Assembly (NCBI GenBank): GCA_002378195.1
Contig: DFRJ01000002.1
Location: 129,054-193,053 of the forward strand
DNA from: Patescibacteria group bacterium UBA3466
GTDB taxonomy: Bacteria; Patescibacteriota; Minisyncoccia; Phycocordibacterales; UBA918
Length of the DNA: 64,000 nucleotides
Direction: 5' to 3'
The position numbers and the translations under genes are program-made. Positions 37,975 to 45,438 of this stretch are shown here, one piece after another. The notes below the pieces were generated by a model. That model saw only the letters and a program-made list of their open reading frames with translations. It was not told where the DNA came from and did no database searches. Position 1 is the first letter of the stretch, and each line of letters begins with the position of its first letter.

Positions 37975-39690
37975 ATGAAATATATAAGCATTGCAGTACT
38001 CGCTCTCGTTCTGATTGGAGGAGGAGCGTGGTACTACACAAATAACATGCATTCCATGATGAATATGGACGGCATGATGATGGGACAAGAAATCCCTGAA
38101 AAAGAAAACTTATCAATCCTACATGACTCAGATGTTCCAGAGGTAAAACCAACAGAAGTCGTTGAGCTCAAGGATGGCGACACTTTTGACCTCACTGCTT
38201 CAATCGTGAAGCAGAAAGTTGGCAATCGAGAAGTAAAACGACTGGCATATAACGGTCAAATTCCTGGACCAATTCTTAAAGTGGAAAAGGGTTCAGAGGT
38301 GACCGTGAACTTCACGAATAACATCGATATGGAAACGTCGCTCCACTCACACGGTTTGCGAGGAGACTGGCAGATGGATGGTGCAGTGCCGATCACTCCA
38401 CCAGTAGAAATTGGCGAGACGTTTAGCTATCAACTCGAATTTCCTGACACTGGGGTCTTCTGGTATCACCCGCATGTTCGTGAGGACTACCAGCAAGACA
38501 TGGGCCTCTATGGCAACATGATTGTTGAAGAAGATGGATATTGGAACGAAGTAGACCAAGAGGAGTATCTCATCATTGATGATCTTCTTGAAGACGGTGA
38601 ATATAATCGTGCAATGGTCACTAATACACTGATGGGTCGTTTTGGTGACACTTTGCTCATTAATGATACAGAAGACTACGAACTCACGGTCAATCAAGGA
38701 GAAATTACTCGTGCGTTTATCACTAATGTAGCGAATACTAGAACCTTTGAGCTTGAATTTGAAGGAGCTGAGATGAAGCTAGTTGGTGGTGACTTAGGGC
38801 GTATTGAGCAGGAGGAAATGATTGAACATCAAATCATCGCTCCAGCGGAACGATACATCATTGAACTCTACTATGATACTCCAGGCACATACGCCATTGA
38901 CCACCGTGGTGAATCAATCGGAACAGTGACTGTGCAGCCGTCAGGTACAAACCAACAAGCTGAATTCTCGCAATTGCGGTCAAATGCTGGTGATTATGCA
39001 GAACTTCGAGCAAACACGTCAGCGTTGCTAGCAAAAGCACCAGACAAGAATCTTCGACTTGATATCGAAATGAAAGGTATGGGTGGTATGCAAATGATGC
39101 AGCAGATGATGGGAGGAGATTCTGACGGTGAAACCGTAAACCTTATGGGGATGGAAATGAACCGTGAGCAAGCTATTGAGCATTGTCAGATGATGCCAGG
39201 TATGGCTGGCTGCGAACCGTTCCTAAACGCTGAAGAAGAGTCAGATAGCATGGGAGGGATGGTGATGGGAGGAGATGAAGAACATAGTGAAGATGGAATT
39301 GAATGGGAAGATGATATGGCTATGATGAACAATATGAGTAACGACGAGATGATGGAATGGGTCATTGAAGACACTGATACTGGTGCTAAGAATGACGAGA
39401 TCGACTGGTCGTTTGAGACTGGTGATTTGGTGAAGGTGCGTGTATACAATGATGAAAATGGCATGCACCCAATGCAACACCCACTCCACTTCCACGGACA
39501 ACGTTTTGTTGTGTTGGCTACTGACGATGAACTTAACGAAAACATGCAGTGGAAAGATACTGTGTTGATTCCTAAGGGACAGACAGTAGATCTACTGGTC
39601 GACATGAGCAACCCAGGTAAATGGATGGCGCATTGTCACATTGCTGAACACCTGCACTCAGGGATGATGTTTAACTTTGAAGTGAAATAG
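37975..39690 (+). CDS. Multicopper oxidase (CueO/CopA-like) with Met-rich insertion
   Basis: Four Cu-site motifs (HSHG, WYHPH, HPLHFHG, HCHIAEHLHSGMM); long Met-rich insert (MGGMQMMQQMMGG...MMPGMAGC...MAMMNNMSNDEMMEW). Confidence 0.85.
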   Translation: MKYISIAVLALVLIGGGAWYYTNNMHSMMNMDGMMMGQEIPEKENLSILHDSDVPEVKPTEVVELKDGDTFDLTASIVKQKVGNREVKRLAYNGQIPGPILKVEKGSEVTVNFTNNIDMETSLHSHGLRGDWQMDGAVPITPPVEIGETFSYQLEFPDTGVFWYHPHVREDYQQDMGLYGNMIVEEDGYWNEVDQEEYLIIDDLLEDGEYNRAMVTNTLMGRFGDTLLINDTEDYELTVNQGEITRAFITNVANTRTFELEFEGAEMKLVGGDLGRIEQEEMIEHQIIAPAERYIIELYYDTPGTYAIDHRGESIGTVTVQPSGTNQQAEFSQLRSNAGDYAELRANTSALLAKAPDKNLRLDIEMKGMGGMQMMQQMMGGDSDGETVNLMGMEMNREQAIEHCQMMPGMAGCEPFLNAEEESDSMGGMVMGGDEEHSEDGIEWEDDMAMMNNMSNDEMMEWVIEDTDTGAKNDEIDWSFETGDLVKVRVYNDENGMHPMQHPLHFHGQRFVVLATDDELNENMQWKDTVLIPKGQTVDLLVDMSNPGKWMAHCHIAEHLHSGMMFNFEVK

Positions 39691-39707
39691 TCATTCACTT
39701 CTCATAC

Positions 39708-39740
39708 AAAAACAGCCTCAAATGAGGCTGTTTTTGTATG
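39708..39740. terminator. Bidirectional hairpin terminator
   Basis: AAAAACAGCCTCA-aat-GAGGCTGTTTTTG between the MCO gene and the convergent 2TM gene. Confidence 0.65.
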
Positions 39741-39805
39741 CTTCTCGTGCTAGCACGAATTGGTGACCCACATTAGTTTAAATTGGAACCAAATAAGTCA
39801 ATCTA

Positions 39806-40726
39806 TTAGGTCTTTAGTTTGAATTTGTTAGTCATCTGGTACTTGTATAGTTTTTCAACGAAGTTCTTTTTTTCTTTCTTGTAGAAAGTTTCTTCTTTTT
39901 CAAAAAGTTTATTAATTCTTTCTTGTAGAGCAAGTGATATTATCTCAAGCATAAAAAGCGTCAGAAAAATAAGCAGGATAAGTATTGGGTTTGAAGCTGA
40001 GAAGTCTCCAAATGGCCAATTTTGCCAAGAAATAATCCCGCCTATAAAGCTAATCAACAGTACTGAGAACAATAGGTTCTTTGAAATATAAAAATAATTA
40101 AAGAATGGCTCAATATCTTTCTGCTTCACCAGTTCTTCTTTAGTCCCTTGTTGAAAATGATAAATATCGATCGAAAGCTGTGCTCTCGATTCATATTTTT
40201 TGTTAGCTAACCAAAAAACAAACTTCAAAATAAGTTCATTTAAGGTGTTAAGTTTTCTTTTCCAAAACATTCTGTCTGAAAGGTGGTTGCTTTCTAAGAC
40301 CTCCACAAAGTCATTTATAGATATTTCCTTTCCTGTTTTTAAAACTTTAACCTTTTTGTCTGCAGTAAATTCAAATTCGCGATCTCTTTCAACTTCTCCG
40401 GATGAATAATAATTCGTCACTCTTTTTTTGTACTTGTCTCCATCAGTTATAGAATATGATATTTCAGGCTCTTCACCCTTGGGTTCAGTCATGTTTACTG
40501 AGTACGATATTTTTTCACCTTCAACTGAAACCTTGATGAACATTTTCATGTTGTCTTCAAAGTATTTTGTTTCTTCTGGGTAGTCTCTAATTATTGAAAA
40601 ACCGACACCGTCAATAAAACCGACAGTTTTCTCGTCTCTTTCTTTTTTAGTATATAGTTTTAATAATTCACTAGAATCCATTAGTTTGATTATGTAGACT
40701 TTACTCTTTATGTTATATCTTTTCAA
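39806..40726 (-). CDS. Hypothetical protein: soluble N-terminal domain plus C-terminal 2-TM hairpin
   Basis: AT-rich, Lys/Asn-rich; two hydrophobic helices near the C-terminus; co-directional with and 117 nt downstream of the NERD gene. Confidence 0.5.
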   Translation of the reverse strand: MKRYNIKSKVYIIKLMDSSELLKLYTKKERDEKTVGFIDGVGFSIIRDYPEETKYFEDNMKMFIKVSVEGEKISYSVNMTEPKGEEPEISYSITDGDKYKKRVTNYYSSGEVERDREFEFTADKKVKVLKTGKEISINDFVEVLESNHLSDRMFWKRKLNTLNELILKFVFWLANKKYESRAQLSIDIYHFQQGTKEELVKQKDIEPFFNYFYISKNLLFSVLLISFIGGIISWQNWPFGDFSASNPILILLIFLTLFMLEIISLALQERINKLFEKEETFYKKEKKNFVEKLYKYQMTNKFKLKT

Positions 40727-40842
40727 GCATGAAATATTCAGAAGAGATCATTGCAGAGTATAAGACTCTAATGAAACGTGACTATGACCACAAAGTCACA
40801 GACGACGAAGCTCAGTTGGAACTAAACAGTTTGGTAAAAGTT

Positions 40843-41673
40843 CTATTTGGTTGTGCTGGCAGTGACTCCAGTTTGTGTACTGAGAGGTATAGGAGTTAGT
40901 CCTTCTCCAGAATGTATAACTTCCAGATTTTCTGCGTGTTGCTCAGCGGTAACTTGTGTCTGGCAAAGAACGGAAAGTTTTCCTATGGCCATCAGTAACT
41001 CACCTTCACTTACAATTTCTTTTTTCTTTGATTCTATGTAATCGACTAAATCATCACCATGCATTACAGATGGTGGCATTTCAGTTTTAAACTCACTTTC
41101 TTCAGAAAAAACTATCACACTGTAGAAGCTTTTCTTCAAGAAAGGCATATGTTCTTTAAGGGCTGAGACATGAGCAAAGTTCTGAAGTATAGGGTTTTGG
41201 AAATGTGATTTCTTTCCCCAAAGTGTCTGAGTCCATTTCTTTTGGTTCTTGTGTCCAAATATCCATCCACTGTAATCTTTATTTTCAATTACAAAGATTC
41301 CGTACTTAGATACAATTATGTGGTCAATTTGTGTAGTTACAGTAACCGAAGAAGGAATGGTTATGTTGTTGAATATGTAATACTCTTTTGGATCCAAGTG
41401 TTCAGCTAAGTGCTTTACTAGTAGATACTCATAGCTTGTTAAATCATCTATGTAGCATCTGTGCCCATGCATCTCATTATTTGAAATACCCGTATCTGTT
41501 GACCACTTAGCAGTATGATTTGATCGAATACTTTGAGCTTCGGAGAGACGTCTTTTTATGTCTAAGCTTTCAGTTTCTGAATATGGGTTTCTCTTTTTTC
41601 GATTCTTAATCTTCTTGTATATCCATACAAAAAAGATTATCCAAAGAACACTAATAAAAAAGTCCTGATCCAT
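40843..41673 (-). CDS. NERD (nuclease-related domain) protein with N-terminal TM
   Basis: N-terminal TM; NERD-like core (HIIVSKYGIFVIENKDYSGWIFG). Confidence 0.65.
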   Translation of the reverse strand: MDQDFFISVLWIIFFVWIYKKIKNRKKRNPYSETESLDIKRRLSEAQSIRSNHTAKWSTDTGISNNEMHGHRCYIDDLTSYEYLLVKHLAEHLDPKEYYIFNNITIPSSVTVTTQIDHIIVSKYGIFVIENKDYSGWIFGHKNQKKWTQTLWGKKSHFQNPILQNFAHVSALKEHMPFLKKSFYSVIVFSEESEFKTEMPPSVMHGDDLVDYIESKKKEIVSEGELLMAIGKLSVLCQTQVTAEQHAENLEVIHSGEGLTPIPLSTQTGVTASTTK

Positions 41674-41715
41674 TAAGTCTAGTATATCAACGTAATTTTT
41701 CAGTAGTTGTTACAT

Positions 41716-41807
41716 ATACACCATCTTTAGCCGTGAAATCCCTCCTTTCGCTACGAAGCTTCGCGCTGCGAGCTTGCGAGCAGTGTGAAGGCGAAATGAA
41801 CGGCTAA
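41716..41807. repeat. Structured GC-rich intergenic element: 15-bp inverted repeat enclosing CGAAGCTTCG palindrome and GCGAGC direct repeats
   Basis: CACCATCTTTAGCCG ... CGGCTAAAGATGGTG arms flank ...TTTCGCTACGAAGCTTCGCGCTGCGAGCTTGCGAGCAG. Confidence 0.5.
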
Positions 41808-41809
41808 AG

Positions 41810-42571
41810 ATGGTGCATTTATTCACTTTTTATAGTACTTTGCTTCTAATGAACACAGTTGAAGAAGAAATGATTAAAGTTTTGGAATTGGTAGCTTTTA
41901 AATATGCTAAATGGGAAAAGCATAAGCTTGAGAACAATTCTGACCTACCAGAAATATCTCTGTATAAAGATGATTTTGAGGAAATGGGAATTACATATCA
42001 AGCAGCTTTGTTGCCTTTAAAGCAGCTTGAAGGTAAGGGAATGCTGATGATTGATCATATCTCTGATCCGCTTACCTTTGATCCAGAAAAGGATCCATTC
42101 GATGAAGAAGATATTGTTAATGGAAAATTGAGGGTCATGGTCTACAACTTAATTGTTGGAGGTTCATCTGTGTATCGCTACTTAGATGGTCTTAAGAATG
42201 GTTTTGAAGAGGACGAGTACACAAATAACTCACATGAAGCTAGCTTTGAGGAAGATGAGAGTATTTTAAATGTTGCTGGATATCAGATTAAAATCGCTTT
42301 GCAGGACAAGATAACTAACGACCATAAGATTTTAAACTACATCTTAAATCATGATGATGAAGAGGTTTACTATAAAGACATTGCGCAAAATGAATTTGGA
42401 GAGATAGCATATGGTGACAAAGATACTTCATGGAAGCGATACCATACATCTTGTAAATCAATCAACGATAAGGTTAGAGAGGTAACAAAAGGGAAGATCA
42501 ATGACTTTCTTATTTTTAATACAGGCAATAAAGGTAGAGTTAGAATTAATGGACTATACAGACATTCATAA
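41810..42571 (+). CDS. Hypothetical acidic protein
   Basis: AT-rich ORF flanked on both sides by GCGAGC-type repeats; no motif. Confidence 0.45.
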   Translation: MVHLFTFYSTLLLMNTVEEEMIKVLELVAFKYAKWEKHKLENNSDLPEISLYKDDFEEMGITYQAALLPLKQLEGKGMLMIDHISDPLTFDPEKDPFDEEDIVNGKLRVMVYNLIVGGSSVYRYLDGLKNGFEEDEYTNNSHEASFEEDESILNVAGYQIKIALQDKITNDHKILNYILNHDDEEVYYKDIAQNEFGEIAYGDKDTSWKRYHTSCKSINDKVREVTKGKINDFLIFNTGNKGRVRINGLYRHS

Positions 42572-42663
42572 AAGTTTACAGAATTTTAGGTAACTTCCTA
42601 GAACATAAAAAGAGTAACGTAGCACCATCGAGAGATGTGTGTTTTTTCTTTCGATCAACAGCC

Positions 42664-42722
42664 TAGGTCATTGTGCGAGCTTTCGCTTCGAAGCCTAGCG
42701 TGCGAGCGAAGCTCGCACGTGT
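42664..42722. repeat. Iteron-like GC-rich repeats upstream of the Rep gene
   Basis: ...TGTGCGAGCTTTCGCTTCGAAGCCTAGCGTGCGAGCGAAGCTCGCACG: GCGAGC direct and inverted copies and a CGAAGC motif. ~80% similar to the repeat at 41741-41789. Confidence 0.5.
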
Positions 42723-42746
42723 AGGACTTGATTAAAGGCATAGATA

Positions 42747-43604
42747 ATGAGAATGACAGAATATACTAATACAAAAATAGTTGCCGCTGGTCAGATTGTA
42801 CGCGTGACAAGGTATCTTGATGAGCCTGTCGCTTACAATTTTAAACGTAAAAAGGAAATTCCAATCGAAGGAATGTCTACTCGTGCTGAAAGAAGACGGG
42901 TGGCAAAAGAGGTTTATTGGACTCCTGAACGTCTCGAGAAAGAGCGTGAGCTAAACAGGAAGAAAGCAATGATCTCTGCAGCATCCCGCTTAAGAGACTG
43001 GGTGAACGCTAATGCGTGGCAGTATCGAGATGTGAATGGCCGTTTGTATCTGCCGGTGTTTGTGACGCTGACTTTTCGTGAGGATGTCAGAGATATAGAA
43101 ACAGCCAATGAGATTTTTACTTTATTTATAAAAAGATTAAATTTTTTCGTTCTTAAAGATAAGAGAGCAGAACTCAAGTATGTGAATGTTATTGAGTTTC
43201 AAGATAAGACTCGTGATGGAGTGATTCACTACCACACTCTCTTTTTCAATCTTCCATTTGTATACAAGAAAAAGCTCGAGAAGATTTGGGATCAAGGGTT
43301 TGTGAAAATTAAAAAGGTAGACAAGGTTAAGAATCTTGCTGGGTATATGACCAAGTACATGGTCAAAGGTTTTGATGATCCTCGTCTAGATGGCAAGAAA
43401 CGATATTTTCCTAGTAGAAACCTCATTAAGCCAACTGTGATTAGAGATGAGCTCACTGCAAAAGCTGTTCTGTTTCAATTGCCCGAAAAGAATCTTCATA
43501 AGGTTCGTGAGTTTGAAAGTGTTCATGTTGGCAAGGTAAAGGCTATGGACTTCATTCTCGATAAGGGTGAAACACTCCAAGACGTCATTGATTTTGTTAT
43601 ATGA
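42747..43604 (+). CDS. HUH-endonuclease rolling-circle replication initiator / relaxase-like protein
   Basis: HUH motif (VIHYHTLFF) followed by a Tyr-containing motif (AGYMTKYMVKG); upstream iteron-like repeats. Confidence 0.55.
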   Translation: MRMTEYTNTKIVAAGQIVRVTRYLDEPVAYNFKRKKEIPIEGMSTRAERRRVAKEVYWTPERLEKERELNRKKAMISAASRLRDWVNANAWQYRDVNGRLYLPVFVTLTFREDVRDIETANEIFTLFIKRLNFFVLKDKRAELKYVNVIEFQDKTRDGVIHYHTLFFNLPFVYKKKLEKIWDQGFVKIKKVDKVKNLAGYMTKYMVKGFDDPRLDGKKRYFPSRNLIKPTVIRDELTAKAVLFQLPEKNLHKVREFESVHVGKVKAMDFILDKGETLQDVIDFVI

Positions 43605-43779
43605 TCACCTTGTCTCGAATTAGAGAAATTGAACCCTCGTTGAGAGATGCTTCTGATGAAGAAGTTGCTCAAATTCGTGACCAAATCTATGGTTTAGCCC
43701 AGCTTGCTTATGATTGTTACAAAAAAGAGAATGATTCCAAATTCCCCATGGGGTCATTGCAAGTAGACGATATGAAGTA
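43600..43779 (+). CDS. Possible small helical protein (59 aa) between Rep and the recombinase
   Basis: ATG overlaps the Rep stop (ATATGA); ends TAG 3 nt before the recombinase ATG. Absent from the ORF track (short). Placement suggests a possible RDF/Xis-like protein. Confidence 0.25.
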
Positions 43780-43782
43780 GCT

Positions 43783-45321
43783 ATGTATGATAATCCTATG
43801 AAAGCAGGTAATGCAGTGATCTATTGTCGTGTATCGTCCCTAGAACAGGTTGAAGGAACCAGTCTTGAGTCTCAGGAACGTATGTGTCGAGACTACGCTA
43901 AAAGAGAAGGAATGGCTGTCTCAGAGGTGTTTATAGATCGTGGTGAGTCTGCTAAAACAGCAGATCGTACAGAATTTTTAAATGCCATATCGTACTGCTC
44001 CAAAAAGAAGAATGATGTCAGTCACTTCGTCGTATACAAGTTAGATCGCTTTGCCCGTAACCAAGAAGACCACATAGGAGTTCGTGCCAAGCTGAAACAA
44101 TATGGTGTCCAACTGCGCTCAGTCACTGAGCCGATTGATGATTCTCCAATGGGTAAGATGATGGAAGGTATCCTCTCTACTTTTGCAGAGTTCGACAACA
44201 ACGTTCGTACTGAAAGAAGCACAAACGGAATGAAAGAACGTCTTAAGAAAGGAATTTGGGTCTGGTCAGCACCACTTGGATACAAGCGTCTAGAGAAAGG
44301 TGGAAATTTAGTTCCTGATGAAGCAAACGCACACTACGTACGCATGGTTTTTGATGAGTATTCCAAAGGTGTTCATACATACAAAACACTAGCCACACTT
44401 TTATTTGAAAAAGGGTTTCGTTCCAAAGGTGGTAAAAAGATTCCGTTTCAAACTTACGAGAAGATGCTTAAGAATCCACTCTACTGCGGAATCATTAAGG
44501 TTGATACGTGGGGAGTTGAGATGAGAGGAGATTTTGAACCAATCATTTCAGAAGACCTCTTCAGGAAGTGTCAGGAGTCAGGTCGCACACACAAATCATT
44601 TTCAAAACTGACCAAGAACCCCGATTTTCCATTGAGGAAGATTGTTGTTTGTGAATGGTGTGGTGCTCCACTAACCGGTAGTTATTCAACTGGTCGTCAT
44701 GGAAAGAAGTATGGTTACTATCATCACCACAAGCAAGGTTGCCCTTGTGCTAGCTCGATCAGGAAGGATGATTTGGAGAAAGATTTTGTTTCTTTACTGG
44801 AAGAGATCAATCCGACTGTGCAGTACGCAAATCTGTTTAAAGAGGCATTCATGGAGATCTACAATGAAGAAAATAAGAAAAGCGAAGAGACTAGCGCTGC
44901 GGCTCAGAAAGAGCTTGAGAAACTGAAAGATAAGAAAGCTCATATCTATAACAACTTTGAAGATGGTGTGTACACCAAGACAGAGTTTTTAGAGCGTAAG
45001 AGGGAAGTAGACAAGCTTATCATTGCTGGAGAGTCAGTTATTGCAACTGAGGATACGTCAGACGTCGATATCGAGAAAGCGCTCGACTACTGCCTGAGCT
45101 TTGTTACTGACACACCAAACAAATGGAGTGAATTGGCAAAATACCCTGAAGAACGCTTGCGGTTCCAAAATTTTATTTTTGACGGCAATATTCCGTATAC
45201 ACAAAACAACGGTTTTGGAACCGCTGTTTTGTCGCCTATTTATTCGATATATCAGCATTGGCAGGCTGATAATTCTTCTTTGGTGATCCCACGGGGAATC
45301 GAACCCCGATTTCCAGGATGA
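43783..45321 (+). CDS. Large serine recombinase (integrase), intact
   Basis: N-terminal resolvase catalytic domain with nucleophile Ser (AVIYCRVSSLEQ) and KLDRFARN; recombinase domain; zinc ribbon (CEWCGAPL...GCPC); coiled coil. The 3' end overlaps the tRNA-Glu 3' end. Confidence 0.85.
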   Translation: MYDNPMKAGNAVIYCRVSSLEQVEGTSLESQERMCRDYAKREGMAVSEVFIDRGESAKTADRTEFLNAISYCSKKKNDVSHFVVYKLDRFARNQEDHIGVRAKLKQYGVQLRSVTEPIDDSPMGKMMEGILSTFAEFDNNVRTERSTNGMKERLKKGIWVWSAPLGYKRLEKGGNLVPDEANAHYVRMVFDEYSKGVHTYKTLATLLFEKGFRSKGGKKIPFQTYEKMLKNPLYCGIIKVDTWGVEMRGDFEPIISEDLFRKCQESGRTHKSFSKLTKNPDFPLRKIVVCEWCGAPLTGSYSTGRHGKKYGYYHHHKQGCPCASSIRKDDLEKDFVSLLEEINPTVQYANLFKEAFMEIYNEENKKSEETSAAAQKELEKLKDKKAHIYNNFEDGVYTKTEFLERKREVDKLIIAGESVIATEDTSDVDIEKALDYCLSFVTDTPNKWSELAKYPEERLRFQNFIFDGNIPYTQNNGFGTAVLSPIYSIYQHWQADNSSLVIPRGIEPRFPG

Positions 45322-45355
45322 GAACCTGGCGTCCTAGCCGTTAGACGATGGGACC
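45281..45355 (-). tRNA. tRNA-Glu (anticodon CUC), CCA encoded
   Basis: Minus-strand sequence GGTCCCATCGTCTAACGGCTAGGACGCCAGGTTCTCATCCTGGAAATCGGGGTTCGATTCCCCGTGGGATCACCA folds by hand into a cloverleaf: 7-bp acceptor, D arm, anticodon loop UUCUCAU, 5-bp T stem CGGGG/CCCCG with TTCGATT loop. Confidence 0.85.
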
Positions 45356-45410
45356 TGTTGGTAGCCAAAGAATACTAGCAAATTAAAGTAAAAACTTAAA
45401 GCAGTTTTAT

Positions 45411-45437
45411 AAGAAAAATCGCCGAGAAATCGGCGAT
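45411..45437. terminator. Bidirectional hairpin terminator
   Basis: AAAAATCGCCGA-gaa-ATCGGCGATTTT just downstream of the minus-strand oxidase gene. Confidence 0.6.
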
Positions 45438-45438
45438 T

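Larger units (their letters stand above)
20111..45360. mobile_element. ~25-kb composite metal-homeostasis genomic island / integrated element next to tRNA-Glu
   Basis: Bounded by hisS plus the palindrome on the left and tRNA-Glu on the right. Holds one truncated and one intact large serine recombinase, a HUH Rep, a NERD gene and Zn/Cu resistance cargo. The AT-rich 39.8-43.6 kb segment differs in composition. Confidence 0.55.

Noticed and set aside
45281-45321. Shorter integrase ending before the tRNA
   Set aside because: No in-frame stop exists before 45321. The overlap with the tRNA 3' end is kept and flagged, since serine integrase C-termini vary.
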